This document shows, one piece after another, positions 14,645 to 25,584 of a DNA stretch of 64,000 nt (position 1 is its first letter; each line of letters begins with the position of its first letter). The stretch is from IMG/VR virus record IMGVR_UViG_3300032249_000480, positions 1 to 64,000 of that record. The stretch is one strand, 5' to 3'. The notes below the pieces were generated by a model. The model had not been told where the DNA came from. It made no database searches and saw nothing but the letters and a program-made list of their open reading frames with translations. Source of the DNA: a virus. Made by a program: the position numbers and the translations under genes.

Positions 14645-16998
14645 TGCCAGTTGTTAAAGTTATCCCCGTAAATAATCCAACTTCTAAAGTAAAGGTTGTT
14701 CCAACTACCTCTGGATCAGACGTTGTTAAAATTGTTGAAGCACCTGGACGTACTGGACTACAGGGAATAATCGGTGCTCAAGGTATTCAAGGTGCCCAAG
14801 GCACAACAGGTGCTCAAGGTTTGCAAGGTCGTCAAGGAACTCAAGGTGTTCAGGGAACTCAGGGAACATCAGGTATTCAAGGAATACAAGGTACTCAGGG
14901 AATTCAAGGGATTCAAGGTAATCAAGGAACTTTGGGAAATCAAGGTATCAATGGTTCACAGGGTATAAATGGAATTCAAGGATTTACTGGTTTACAAGGA
15001 ATTCAGGGATTTGTAGGAACACAAGGTTTTACTGGAAATCAAGGTGTCTTAGGAGCACAAGGTCTTAGAGGCACACAGGGAATTCAGGGCCATGAAGGTC
15101 TTCAGGGCATTACTGGATTACAAGGATTGCAGGGTCGCACAGGATTGCAGGGCTTTATTGGTAATCAAGGTGTGTCGGGTATTCAAGGAAATAATGGACT
15201 ACAAGGATTTAATGGCATCCAAGGAAGTCAAGGATTTTATGGCATTCAAGGTTTTACTGGTTCAGAAGGAGTTCAGGGAACTCAAGGAATTCAAGGTGAA
15301 CCTGGTGCAACTGGTAATACAGGTGATGGTGGTATTCAAGGATTTGCTGGAACTCAAGGTACTAATGGTTTGCAAGGTTTGCAAGGTCGTCAAGGCACAA
15401 CAGGAGCACAAGGTGCAACAGGAACTCAGGGTTTACAAGGAAGACAGGGCACTACAGGACAGCAAGGTATTACTGGTACTCAAGGTATTGATGGCATTCA
15501 AGGTAATGATGGCGCACAAGGTTTAATAGGAATACAAGGAGTTACAGGTTCTCAAGGTCTTGATGGTATTCAAGGAATAACTGGAGCGCAAGGAACAATT
15601 GGCACACAAGGAATTATTGGTAGCCAGGGTGTTCAAGGTATAAATGGTATTCAGGGAGTACAAGGTAATACTGGTGCAAGCGGTACATCATCATCTATAT
15701 TTGATTATGTAGCAAGGGCTAATTCACAAACACCACCACCTAATAATGGTCAAATTATGTGGAGTAATTCAACACAAATTAATTCAGAAAACATTTATGT
15801 ATCTCACATAGATGACAGAAATGAAGACTTAGATTTCTTATTATCAAACATTAAAGATAATGATATTTTTTTTATTCAAGATAGAAACAACTCTAACAAT
15901 TATCAAAAATGGGAAGTAAGCGGCACACCTTCATCTGTTACTCACAGTTACTTTACTTATCCTGTAATTCTTTTAGAGTCAGGTGGAACAGGCACAACAA
16001 ACTTTAATAATACCCACCAACTTGCTCTTATTACTCAAAGCGTTGGTGTTCAAGGAACAACTGGTACACAGGGAACTATTGGCTCTCAAGGCACTCAAGG
16101 CTTACAAGGCATTCAAGGTAATAATGGAATACAGGGAACTGCTGGTACTCAAGGACTTGTTGGTGCTCAGGGTCAAACAGGCGCACAAGGTATTGAAGGC
16201 TTGCAAGGTGCTCAAGGTATTCAAGGTTTAACAGGATCCCAAGGAATAACTGGATCACAAGGTTTAGACGGTATTCAAGGAATAACTGGTCTAACAGGTG
16301 ACGATGGAATTGTAGCGCAAACAGATGCACCAACAAATACAAGTTTACTATGGCTTGATACAGACGAACCTGCTGCAATTACAGCAACTACTGTAGTTAA
16401 TTCTCCTATTACAAACTCTGGAACAGAAACAGCCGCAAACCTTTCATTTGATTACACAAATATTCTTGCCGCTTCAGGTCAATCCGCTACAGTCATTGAT
16501 GTTCCTAATAGAAACTTTGTACTTTCAAATAATAATGGAACTGCTGGAAATATAACTATGAGTTTTTTTACACCCCTCGTTAATTTAACAATAAGTCAAA
16601 TAACGATTGCTAGTGCTGGTACTCAAACAGGAGCGACTTTAATTAGATTAGGACTTTATACATTTGATGAAACTACAGCCACTCTTGTAGCAAGAACTGC
16701 AAACGATACAAGTTTATTTAATTCTACGTTTACAGCATTTACTCGCTCGTTTGATACGACAGGTGGGTATCCTTCGCAATATACTTTGCTTGCAGGTCAA
16801 AGATACGCATTTGCTTACATTATTGTCGGTGCTTCAAACATGCCTACAATTTACTGCTCTGCTTTAGGAAACAACACAGGCGGTGCCTTTGCTCAATTAG
16901 TCCCAAGAATGGCAGGGGTAAGAACAGGTCAAACTGATTTATTAGCCTCAACAACAATATCACAAGGAATTCAAATGCCGTATTTTAGGGGGTCATAA
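14644..16998 (+). CDS. collagen-like (G-X-Q) fibre protein
   Basis: Long Gly-X-Gln repeats interrupted by a globular domain; GTG start after GGAG. Confidence 0.85.
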   Translation: MPVVKVIPVNNPTSKVKVVPTTSGSDVVKIVEAPGRTGLQGIIGAQGIQGAQGTTGAQGLQGRQGTQGVQGTQGTSGIQGIQGTQGIQGIQGNQGTLGNQGINGSQGINGIQGFTGLQGIQGFVGTQGFTGNQGVLGAQGLRGTQGIQGHEGLQGITGLQGLQGRTGLQGFIGNQGVSGIQGNNGLQGFNGIQGSQGFYGIQGFTGSEGVQGTQGIQGEPGATGNTGDGGIQGFAGTQGTNGLQGLQGRQGTTGAQGATGTQGLQGRQGTTGQQGITGTQGIDGIQGNDGAQGLIGIQGVTGSQGLDGIQGITGAQGTIGTQGIIGSQGVQGINGIQGVQGNTGASGTSSSIFDYVARANSQTPPPNNGQIMWSNSTQINSENIYVSHIDDRNEDLDFLLSNIKDNDIFFIQDRNNSNNYQKWEVSGTPSSVTHSYFTYPVILLESGGTGTTNFNNTHQLALITQSVGVQGTTGTQGTIGSQGTQGLQGIQGNNGIQGTAGTQGLVGAQGQTGAQGIEGLQGAQGIQGLTGSQGITGSQGLDGIQGITGLTGDDGIVAQTDAPTNTSLLWLDTDEPAAITATTVVNSPITNSGTETAANLSFDYTNILAASGQSATVIDVPNRNFVLSNNNGTAGNITMSFFTPLVNLTISQITIASAGTQTGATLIRLGLYTFDETTATLVARTANDTSLFNSTFTAFTRSFDTTGGYPSQYTLLAGQRYAFAYIIVGASNMPTIYCSALGNNTGGAFAQLVPRMAGVRTGQTDLLASTTISQGIQMPYFRGS

Positions 16999-17108
16999 TG
17001 AGCGATATTATATATGTAGGAGTTGTTAATGGACTTGACACTTGGGAAGTTTATCAAGATGGAAAACTAATTGGTTTTAATCAAAAAGAACCAGAGGAGC
17101 AAAACTGA
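16998..17108 (+). CDS. 36-aa fibre-associated peptide (not in track)
   Basis: MSDIIYVGVVNGLDTWEVYQDG...; coupled on both sides. Confidence 0.5.
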   Translation: MSDIIYVGVVNGLDTWEVYQDGKLIGFNQKEPEEQN

Positions 17109-17509
17109 TGGCTCAACTTAAATATTGGAACGGATCTGCTTGGGTTAATGCTGTTGTTGGTGTGCAAGGTCCAGTAGGACCAGTGGGTGCGACCAATGTT
17201 GTATATACACAGCAAGGAACATTATCAGTTATTACTGGTTTAACAAGATTTTATTTTGACTCTCCAAAAACAATTTCTAAAATTCGTGCAAGTGTGGGAA
17301 CTGCTCCAACAGGTTCTGCAATTATTGTTCGTTTATTTAAAAATGGTATAAGTGTCGCAGATACAACAATTAACGCAAATTCTTTTACAGGCACTTCTAC
17401 GCCATTTATTTCAGTTGTGTCAGATGACTATGTAACAATAAGCGTTACACAAGTTGGCGCAATGATTGCTGGTTCAGATTTAACTGTTTCTTTAACGTTG
17501 GAGAATTAA
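17108..17509 (+). CDS. fibre/virion protein
   Basis: LKYWNGSAW fibre motif, short collagen stretch, jelly-roll-like C-terminus. Confidence 0.65.
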   Translation: MAQLKYWNGSAWVNAVVGVQGPVGPVGATNVVYTQQGTLSVITGLTRFYFDSPKTISKIRASVGTAPTGSAIIVRLFKNGISVADTTINANSFTGTSTPFISVVSDDYVTISVTQVGAMIAGSDLTVSLTLEN

Positions 17510-17512
17510 AAA

Positions 17513-17866
17513 ATGCCAAGAATATCCATAACCGCAGCCAATCAAGCACTTGTTGTTACAGGGTGGTCCTTTATATCATTACACACAGGAGATCCAGGCA
17601 CGACAGGTGCAAATGAAGTTTCGGGAGGTGCTTATGTAAGAGTTGCAGTTTCTTGGAGAACGGCAACAGGTGGAGTAAGAACTAATTCAAACACTCTTTC
17701 TATAAACTTACCGCCTAGTACAACTGTTACACACTTTGGAGTTTGGTCTGCAAGCACAGCAGGAACTTATTATTTAGGTGGAGTAATTAGTCCATCTATA
17801 AGCACAGGATCTTTAGTGGGGCAGGCATTAATTGCAGCGGATGCAATAAGTGTAACTGCATCGTAA
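17513..17866 (+). CDS. actinophage-type minor tail protein
   Basis: SLHTGDPGTTGANEVSGGAYVR...THFGVW. Confidence 0.7.
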   Translation: MPRISITAANQALVVTGWSFISLHTGDPGTTGANEVSGGAYVRVAVSWRTATGGVRTNSNTLSINLPPSTTVTHFGVWSASTAGTYYLGGVISPSISTGSLVGQALIAADAISVTAS

Positions 17867-17876
17867 GGATTATTAA

Positions 17877-19385
17877 ATGGCTATTACTAGAGTTGGTGGA
17901 ACAACCTCTGCTTCTGCTTTATCTTCTGCGTCAGCAACTAGCGCAAGTACTGGAACTAATACACTTAATTCAATTCGCATTGTATCTATCGTTGTTGCTC
18001 CATCTGGCAATCAAGTTCCAACGATTACATCAGTTACAGATACGTTAGGTGGAACATGGGTTCCTATAAGTGATTATTATAGTTCCCCTGCAACAACTAC
18101 ATCTGTTAATGGTTGTCTAACGCAAATATGGTGGAGAACAACACCTCAAGCAACAACTGCTTATACATTTACCGTTAATCTATCCGCAAGTAGTATTGGT
18201 ATAGCAGCCAGAAGTAATTCTTATACAAATGTTGAACTAAGTAAAACTCCAGAAGTCGTGTACACAAGAGGTACAGCACAAAATCTTTCACCAATAACTT
18301 TACCAACAATAAATCCAATAGACGATATGCTTATTTTACATACAGCCTATGACGGTCTTGTAGGTCCAAGTAATCCAACTTCACCAACTAGCATTGGTTG
18401 GGGTAATAATACTCCTACCACTTCAGGTGGTACTGGAAACTCAGCAATGGCTATTACACAAAATAACGGTAATCAAGCCTCCCTTACAACAGGTGTTTCC
18501 GTAAGTGGTCAAACCGTTGGTTTTGCTGCTCCTTGGGCAAACCTTGGTGTTGTTATTTATGGCGTTACTACTTATCAAATAACATGTTCTGCAACAATTG
18601 ACATAAGCAGTTCAAATGTAAATGCAAATTACATTGCAGGACCACAATTAATAGGCACGGCTACAGGAATTCAGACTAGTACCATATCTTCATTTTCAGC
18701 AGTCTCTGGTTTATGGCTAAATACGCCTATTCGCGTTAATGATAAAGTAATTGTTTTATTGGCTTTTGACCCAAGAGGAGCCTCTGTTCCTACTGTTAAT
18801 GTGTCTGCAACTAACTTTACATTTTCTCCATTAGGACCAATAGTTGATTCACCTTCAGTAACTTCAAACCTTGTAGGAACAAAAATACAAGCATGGATTG
18901 GAAATGCAACTGCTAATGGAACTACATCAGTTACTGTAACTGCTACTTGGGCAGGCTCCTCTCCATCCCAAGCCGCTTCTTCTGTTTATGCTTTTAGACA
19001 TTTAGGAACGTCTCAAAGAAATCCTACAACCTCAGTAATTGGTGCAACAACAACTTCTCCACCATATTCATTAACAACCCCTTCTGGAAATGCTACAGAC
19101 TTAATTGTCGCCATGCAGGGACAGGAGGGAAGTACAGGAAATGTTACTTATTCTACAGATTCAGTAAATGGAATATGGCAAGGTCAGCAAACTCGCGCTT
19201 CCACTGGTACGGTAGCAGATAGTTCAATAAATGTTATGAGTCAATTTAAGATTTTAACTGGAGATGGAACTCAAACAGCCGTATTTGGAAACGACATATC
19301 GGTTGGAAGAAACTATGCAATTGCATCTTACGTTTTATCATTTGCTCCTCCAGCCTTATTTGCAGGCTGGGGAATACCATTATAA
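17877..19385 (+). CDS. Ser/Thr-rich virion protein with two repeated beta domains
   Basis: Internal repeat (SPATTTSVNGCLTQIW / SPSVTSNLVGTKIQAW). Confidence 0.65.
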   Translation: MAITRVGGTTSASALSSASATSASTGTNTLNSIRIVSIVVAPSGNQVPTITSVTDTLGGTWVPISDYYSSPATTTSVNGCLTQIWWRTTPQATTAYTFTVNLSASSIGIAARSNSYTNVELSKTPEVVYTRGTAQNLSPITLPTINPIDDMLILHTAYDGLVGPSNPTSPTSIGWGNNTPTTSGGTGNSAMAITQNNGNQASLTTGVSVSGQTVGFAAPWANLGVVIYGVTTYQITCSATIDISSSNVNANYIAGPQLIGTATGIQTSTISSFSAVSGLWLNTPIRVNDKVIVLLAFDPRGASVPTVNVSATNFTFSPLGPIVDSPSVTSNLVGTKIQAWIGNATANGTTSVTVTATWAGSSPSQAASSVYAFRHLGTSQRNPTTSVIGATTTSPPYSLTTPSGNATDLIVAMQGQEGSTGNVTYSTDSVNGIWQGQQTRASTGTVADSSINVMSQFKILTGDGTQTAVFGNDISVGRNYAIASYVLSFAPPALFAGWGIPL

Positions 19386-19437
19386 AATAGACTCAACCCA
19401 TATTCAATAATGGTATAATAATTCAGGAGGATTAACT

Positions 19438-19782
19438 ATGGCATTTCCAGGTACATACAATTTTAATTACTATCGTGGTGATACGATGTCATTTATTCTT
19501 AATCCTAAAGATGCAGCAGGAAATGCATGGGATTTAAGTACTTATTCCGCTGCATTTACCATTGCTAATAATCGTGGTGCAGGTGCAACTCAATATGCTG
19601 CAACAGCAACAATTGATACAATTAATGATCTTGTAACTTGTACTATTACTCCAGTAGTTGGAAGAAGTTTAATTCCTGGAACTGCCTGGGTTTATGACGT
19701 TCAAATAACTTCTGGTTCAACAATTTATACAATTTTAACTGGAACAATAACATCAACAGATGATATAACTGGAGCAGTTTAG
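19438..19782 (+). CDS. virion structural adaptor protein
   Basis: YYRGDT...VYDVQIT...[10 protein letters not shown]. Confidence 0.65.
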   Translation: MAFPGTYNFNYYRGDTMSFILNPKDAAGNAWDLSTYSAAFTIANNRGAGATQYAATATIDTINDLVTCTITPVVGRSLIPGTAWVYDVQITSGSTIYTILTGTITSTDDITGAV

Positions 19783-19783
19783 T

Positions 19784-21157
19784 ATGGCTGATATTGTCCT
19801 CCAAGGTGTAAACCTAGATGTTTTTGGCGGACCAACATCATTAGATGTTTCAGTTGATTTTGGTCAAACTGGTTCCCGTGGAAGTAAGATGTGGTTTGGT
19901 GCAGGGGATCCATCACTAACTTTATCAGGACAAGAGATATTAGTAAATGATACATACATAAACACTTCTACTTCAGATACATATTATGGTTGGATGTATC
20001 AATATATTCAAACACCAGGAAACCCAACTTGGGAAAGACAATATCAAATTTTACAAGGTTTGCAAGGTGTTCAAGGTCTTCAAGGTCGCCAAGGTTTAAA
20101 TGGTCTTTTTGCTGGACAAGGAATTCAAGGAACACAAGGATTACAAGGAGTTCAGGGCACCACTGGTATTCAAGGCGCCCAAGGAACACAGGGCGTTCAA
20201 GGAACTCAAGGAGTTCAAGGTTTGCAAGGAACTCAAGGCTTACAAGGAAATCTTGGTATACAAGGTACACAGGGTACACAAGGAACTCAAGGAGTTCAAG
20301 GAACAACTGGTATACAAGGATTAACTGGTATTCAGGGTCAAACAGGTGTTCAAGGACTTGAAGGATCATTTGGTGGTATTACATTTGAATACTTATATAA
20401 TTCAAGTACAACTATTGCAGATCCAGGTGCTACATATATTAGTTTTAATAATACTCCAGCAAGTGCAACTAAATTTTTAATTGATGACATTAATTCTTCA
20501 AGTATAGATATTCATCAATATTTACGAACTATTGATGACTCAACATCAAGTATTAAAGGTCACTTAAAAGTTTCTAAAAAAACAGATAATAATGTATTTG
20601 CTATTTATTCAATTAATTCAATGATTGATGAAACAACATACTTTAATATTGATGTAACATACTTATCAGGTTCTGGCACATTTACAAACAATGATCCAGT
20701 ACTTACTACCTTTGCTCGTACAGGTGATGTTGGACCGCAAGGATTGCAGGGAATCCAAGGTATCCAGGGTAATTTAGGAATTCAAGGATTTGGATATGCT
20801 CAACTACAGGGAACTCAAGGAATACAAGGATTTTATGGTACTCAAGGATTAGCAGGTCCACTACCTTGGAATTTTATTGGGGTTTATGATAATGGTTATT
20901 ATTATGCTATTGGAGATGCAGTAACTTTTTCAGGAGGATTTTATTATAGAACTGGGAATCCAGGCAATCCAGGTTATCCACCACAACCAGGTGCAATTAA
21001 TGCATCATGGACGCCAGTTGCAGATCAAGGACTACAAGGAACTGGTGGGCTTCAAGGAATTCAGGGCATTCAGGGTAATACAGGAATTCAAGGAATAACG
21101 GGAATAACAGTTTATGATGATGATCAAGGAATATTATCACAGCAGGTATTTAGTTAA
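19784..21157 (+). CDS. collagen-like fibre protein
   Basis: G-X-Q repeats; globular insert similar to that of 14644..16998. Confidence 0.85.
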   Translation: MADIVLQGVNLDVFGGPTSLDVSVDFGQTGSRGSKMWFGAGDPSLTLSGQEILVNDTYINTSTSDTYYGWMYQYIQTPGNPTWERQYQILQGLQGVQGLQGRQGLNGLFAGQGIQGTQGLQGVQGTTGIQGAQGTQGVQGTQGVQGLQGTQGLQGNLGIQGTQGTQGTQGVQGTTGIQGLTGIQGQTGVQGLEGSFGGITFEYLYNSSTTIADPGATYISFNNTPASATKFLIDDINSSSIDIHQYLRTIDDSTSSIKGHLKVSKKTDNNVFAIYSINSMIDETTYFNIDVTYLSGSGTFTNNDPVLTTFARTGDVGPQGLQGIQGIQGNLGIQGFGYAQLQGTQGIQGFYGTQGLAGPLPWNFIGVYDNGYYYAIGDAVTFSGGFYYRTGNPGNPGYPPQPGAINASWTPVADQGLQGTGGLQGIQGIQGNTGIQGITGITVYDDDQGILSQQVFS

Positions 21158-21177
21158 GGAAATGGTATAATAAAAAC

Positions 21178-21540
21178 ATGGCAACATATACAAAAGTATT
21201 ACTTTCAGGTTCAACACAGGGTCAACCTATTACAGTAGTTCAAACTGCTTCAACTGGTACAACTATCCATGCTACAGGAAATTCATCATCTAATATTGAT
21301 GAGATATGGCTATACGCTAACAACACTTCTACTTCTCCTGTATTACTAACAGTTCAATTTGGTGGCACTGATGCGGTCCAACACGCAAAACCAATAATTC
21401 TTTCTCCACAATCAGGTGATGTTCTCATTCTTGCTGGTTTGCCTTTAACTGGAACAGGATCGGCTGCAAATACAGTCTATGCTTTTGCTGCAACTGCTTC
21501 AGTAATTACGATTTCGGGTTACGTAAACAGGATTTCTTAA
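21178..21540 (+). CDS. virion structural protein
   Basis: DEIWLYA...GYVNRI; leaderless late promoter. Confidence 0.65.
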   Translation: MATYTKVLLSGSTQGQPITVVQTASTGTTIHATGNSSSNIDEIWLYANNTSTSPVLLTVQFGGTDAVQHAKPIILSPQSGDVLILAGLPLTGTGSAANTVYAFAATASVITISGYVNRIS

Positions 21541-22640
21541 TGGCTAATCCAAGTCGTAGAAGCCAAACAGGTACACCCATTGCAACACAAATGCGTAGCG
21601 ATGAATATACTGATTTTGCAAATACTTCATTTGTTTTGCCACACGGTTTGCAACTTAAGCAAAAAGTTGGAATGGTTGATATTACAAACGTAGTTGATGC
21701 TGGTGCAACCGTTGTTTATACTGCTAATAATAATTACTCTGCTGGAGATATTGTTTCAATTTACTATGTGAATCCAACATCGTATAACCTACAGAGTGCC
21801 ACTATTTTATCTGCAACATCAACTACATTTACTATTACAAGTGCTGCAACTGGAACTTATATTTCAGGTGGTATTGCTCAAAAAACTGGCGCAATTCCTG
21901 TAACTATACCTGCAGGCATCAATTTTGTTTATGCCATTTTAGTTGGTGGCGGTGGCGGCTGGGGTGGCGGTGGTGGCGTTGCCTGGGGTTGGACTTTAGC
22001 GAGTACCACTTGTGTTGTAGGAGCAGGCGGTGGTACTGGTGGTACTACAGGAGGTTTTACGCGTTACGGACATATCATGGCTGGCGGTGGCGGTGGTGGA
22101 GGCAATGCAGGAATTTTGGGTGGTGGTGGTGGCAACGGCACTTCTGGTTCAACAAATTATTATGGTATTCCTGGAGGTGCTGCAGGAACTTCGGCTGTAA
22201 TAAATGGTAATAACGGCTCAGGCGCAGGAGGTGGATTTACTGGTGTTGCAATAAGCAGTAATGGTGGAAATGGAATTTCTGGTGGTTTTGGCGGTGCTTC
22301 TTCTGCATCATCTGGAACTGTTATTGCTGGTAATGGTGGTTCAGGTTTAGTTGGTGGCGGTGGTGGTTCTTGTTTTAATAATTCAACAGGTTCACGTACA
22401 GGAGGCACTGGCGGTAGTGGAATAAATATTTTAACTGGTGTAAAAACAACTGGTGGTACAGCACAATCAGGAACTGGCGCTGGAAATGGTTCAGGCGGTG
22501 GCGGTGGTGGTATTGCAGGTAACGGATCAAACGCTTCAGGAAATACTGCTGGTATTGGTGGACTTGGTGGTGGTGGTGGTGGTGCTGGTGCTACTACTAA
22601 TGCCGCAGGCGGCGCAGGAATACTTTACTTATTTTATTAG
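21540..22640 (+). CDS. glycine-rich fibre protein 1
   Basis: VGGGGG repeats; C-terminal GAGILYLFY. Confidence 0.8.
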   Translation: MANPSRRSQTGTPIATQMRSDEYTDFANTSFVLPHGLQLKQKVGMVDITNVVDAGATVVYTANNNYSAGDIVSIYYVNPTSYNLQSATILSATSTTFTITSAATGTYISGGIAQKTGAIPVTIPAGINFVYAILVGGGGGWGGGGGVAWGWTLASTTCVVGAGGGTGGTTGGFTRYGHIMAGGGGGGGNAGILGGGGGNGTSGSTNYYGIPGGAAGTSAVINGNNGSGAGGGFTGVAISSNGGNGISGGFGGASSASSGTVIAGNGGSGLVGGGGGSCFNNSTGSRTGGTGGSGINILTGVKTTGGTAQSGTGAGNGSGGGGGGIAGNGSNASGNTAGIGGLGGGGGGAGATTNAAGGAGILYLFY

Positions 22641-22649
22641 GAGATTATT

Positions 22650-23567
22650 ATGAACCCACATCGTAAAGGTCAAACTGGCAGTCCTGTTTCAACAGGAATG
22701 AAGTCTGCATCATTTACTAATGCAACAAATAAATCTTTGTGGAACCCACACGGATTACAATTGCGTCAAACAATTAACACAGGTACAACTTCTGTTGATA
22801 TTCCGCAAGGTATTAACTTTGTTTATGCAATTTGCGTTGGCGGTGGAGGTGGAGGTGGAGTTCCTGGATCAGGCGGAGGAGCGGGTGGAATAACTTGGGG
22901 TTGGACTTTTGCTGCAACAACTTGCGTAGTTGGTGCTGGTGGCGTTGGTGCAACTAATCCAAATGCTGGAGGTTTAACTAGGTACGGACACTTGATTGCT
23001 GGTGGCGGCGGTGATGGATTGGACCGACAAGATGCTTTCTTAGGTGGCGCAGGCGGTACAATAAACCCAGGCTCAACTAACTTTTATGGAATTGTTGGTG
23101 GATCACAGGGCAGTGGCTCGGGAGGAAGTGGAACTCCTTCGGCTGGCGCAGGCGGTGGAAATACTGGAACATTGTTTGGTGGTAATGGCGGTAATGGAAT
23201 TTCAGGTGGTGGTGCTTCAACAGGAAATTCAGGAACTTCTAGTACAGTCAGAGGTGGCAATGGGGGTAGTGGGTTAGCAGGTGGTGGAGGTGGTAGAGGA
23301 GTCAACTCAAGCACATCAAATATTGGTGGCGTTGGTGGTAATGGAAAATCTTTAATTGATAAAACGATTTTTACAGGTGGTAATGGTGCATCCATAGGTT
23401 CAACTAGCACAGGCGCTGGTGCTGGTGGTGGCGCAGGAGTTGCTGGCGACGGTGCATCTGGAAGTACAACGGTTGGCGGTGCTGGCGGTTTAGGCGGTGG
23501 CGGTGGTGGTGGCGGTGGTACTGGTGCAGGCAACGGTGGCGCAGGAATTCTTTATCTTTTTTACTAA
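22650..23567 (+). CDS. glycine-rich fibre protein 2
   Basis: Paralog with the same GAGILYLFY end. Confidence 0.8.
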   Translation: MNPHRKGQTGSPVSTGMKSASFTNATNKSLWNPHGLQLRQTINTGTTSVDIPQGINFVYAICVGGGGGGGVPGSGGGAGGITWGWTFAATTCVVGAGGVGATNPNAGGLTRYGHLIAGGGGDGLDRQDAFLGGAGGTINPGSTNFYGIVGGSQGSGSGGSGTPSAGAGGGNTGTLFGGNGGNGISGGGASTGNSGTSSTVRGGNGGSGLAGGGGGRGVNSSTSNIGGVGGNGKSLIDKTIFTGGNGASIGSTSTGAGAGGGAGVAGDGASGSTTVGGAGGLGGGGGGGGGTGAGNGGAGILYLFY

Positions 23568-23590
23568 AACAATGATAGAATGGAGTTAAT

Positions 23591-24697
23591 ATGAGCGCAT
23601 CAATTTATAGCAATCCATCTTTTTCTGACACACCATTTGGGTTGCAACTACGAGAAACTTTTGCAGTATCTGGATCAGTGACAATTCCTGCTGGCATTAA
23701 CAGAGTATTTGCAATCTGTGTCGGTGGTGGTGGAAGTGGTGGAAGTGGTGGAAGTTCTTCTGTAAATACAACTGGCGGTGGCGGTGGAGCAGGTGGACTT
23801 TCTATGGGTTGGACTTATGCAACCAACACAGTAACAGTAGGCGCAGGTGGTGCTGGTGTCAGTAATGCAATTGGTTCAGTTGGTCAATCATCCGTTTATG
23901 GGATGGTTATTGCAGGCGGTGGTAATGGTGGTAATGGTAATGGCTCATCGGCTCTTGCAAATATTGGCGGAGCAGGCGGTGGAGGTTCAACTGCTTCTAC
24001 AAATGGCACAGTAGGTTCAGTAAGTTATACAGGCGGACCTGGAGGTGCAATTGGTGGCGGTATTGGCGTTGCTGGTGGTGGTGGAAATACTGCAACATCA
24101 GTAGGTGGCGCAGGTGGAACAGGTATTTCAGGTGGCGGTGGTGGTGCAGCAACAACTACTACTGCTAATGCAACTGGTGGCGTAGGTGGCTCAGGTGTAA
24201 TTGGCGGAGGCGGTGGAAGTGCTGGAACACTCAATTTCACAGGAACAGGTGGGGCTGGCGGTGCTGGTAATGGCGGAGCAGGTGGTGCTGGTTCAAGCGC
24301 AAATGGAAGAACAACTGCAACAGGAACAACTGCCGCAACAGCAGGCGGTGGAACAGTCACATTTACTGTAAATAATACTTTTCAGGTTGGTGATGTAGTA
24401 ACAATTGCAAGCGTTAACCCGTCAAGTTTTAACTTAAATAATCAAGTTATTACTGCAGCATCTGCAACACAATATTCAGTTAGTAATGCTTTAGTTGCAA
24501 CATACACATCAGGTGGAACGCACACTGTTGCTTCCCCTGTTGCAGGTGGCGGTGGAGCAGGATTTTACGGTGCAGGAAATTCTGCATCAGGACGCAATGG
24601 CGGAGCAGGTGGTTTAGGCGGAGGCGGCGGTGGCGGTTCATCCGTTGCTGGAACCTCTGGCGCTGGTGGCAATGGTGTTGTTTATATTTACTACTAA
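23591..24697 (+). CDS. glycine-rich fibre protein 3
   Basis: Paralog ending GNGVVYIYY. Confidence 0.8.
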   Translation: MSASIYSNPSFSDTPFGLQLRETFAVSGSVTIPAGINRVFAICVGGGGSGGSGGSSSVNTTGGGGGAGGLSMGWTYATNTVTVGAGGAGVSNAIGSVGQSSVYGMVIAGGGNGGNGNGSSALANIGGAGGGGSTASTNGTVGSVSYTGGPGGAIGGGIGVAGGGGNTATSVGGAGGTGISGGGGGAATTTTANATGGVGGSGVIGGGGGSAGTLNFTGTGGAGGAGNGGAGGAGSSANGRTTATGTTAATAGGGTVTFTVNNTFQVGDVVTIASVNPSSFNLNNQVITAASATQYSVSNALVATYTSGGTHTVASPVAGGGGAGFYGAGNSASGRNGGAGGLGGGGGGGSSVAGTSGAGGNGVVYIYY

Positions 24698-24710
24698 GAA
24701 AGGGTAAAAA

Positions 24711-24935
24711 ATGAATTATCGTTATATATATAAATGCGAAAAATGTGGTCGTGACTACATTGAACATAGACCAGAAACTCAAGAACAGATTCATACAACT
24801 TGCGAGTGTTCAGGAACTTTTGTTCTTGATTCTTCTGATCAATGGGGAATCACAGAGATAGAAACAATAAATAATCCTATTCATCAATCTTATACAGAAG
24901 AAAATGATGCTTTAATTAATGAACAAACTATTTAA
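24711..24935 (+). CDS. small zinc-ribbon protein
   Basis: YKCEKC...CEC. Confidence 0.6.
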   Translation: MNYRYIYKCEKCGRDYIEHRPETQEQIHTTCECSGTFVLDSSDQWGITEIETINNPIHQSYTEENDALINEQTI

Positions 24936-25584
24936 CCCAAACCATTCCAACATCTGCAGTAGGTCTTAAATTAGATTTTTTCCATTCTCCATCAATCCAT
25001 TTTTGAGAATTATTATCTACCCATTTAGTTAAACTACCTATTGGATACCAATTTAATGGTTCTTCTAAATGATTTTCAATAAATTGTGGAGCAAAATATT
25101 TATATCCAAGATTTTTTAAATATTTTAATTGTTCTTCATGCTGATCAAGAGTTTCATAAGTCCACTCAAATACAAGTTTTCCATATTTTTTTGTCATACC
25201 ATTAAATACAAACCACTCAGCACCTTCAACATCTATTTTAATTAAATCAGGTTCTCCATATATTTTTGCAAGGGTATCAATAGTAATAGTTGTAGCCTTA
25301 ACGGTTCTATATACCTTGCCGTTATAGGGCATAGCAGGGTCTGTAAGCCACGACTTTTCAATGGTTGATAGTCCATCCTCAACACACTCGTAAAACTCTA
25401 TATTCTGGTTATCTGAATCAGATACCGCAATTTTTAATGGAACAACCATAGGATTATAAATAAAATTTGAAACTAATTGTTTAAATACTCTTGAACCAGG
25501 CTCTAATGCTATTACTTTATATCCTTTATTTAATCCAGCAAGAACAGCATCTCCCCTATTTGCTCCAATGTCAAACAGGAGCAT
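24928..25584 (-). CDS. FkbM-family SAM methyltransferase
   Basis: FDIGANRG, LEP, IKIDVEGAE. Confidence 0.9.
   Translation of the reverse strand: MLLFDIGANRGDAVLAGLNKGYKVIALEPGSRVFKQLVSNFIYNPMVVPLKIAVSDSDNQNIEFYECVEDGLSTIEKSWLTDPAMPYNGKVYRTVKATTITIDTLAKIYGEPDLIKIDVEGAEWFVFNGMTKKYGKLVFEWTYETLDQHEEQLKYLKNLGYKYFAPQFIENHLEEPLNWYPIGSLTKWVDNNSQKWIDGEWKKSNLRPTADVGMVWVK

Noticed and set aside
14750-16300. 9-bp periodic repeats resembling a tandem or CRISPR array
   Set aside because: They are the codons of Gly-X-Gln collagen; there is no repeat-spacer structure and no cas genes.
22160-24360. Pro-rich minus-strand ORFs as prolyl-hydroxylase substrates
   Set aside because: They are antisense read-outs of GGT/GGC glycine codons and have no expression signals.
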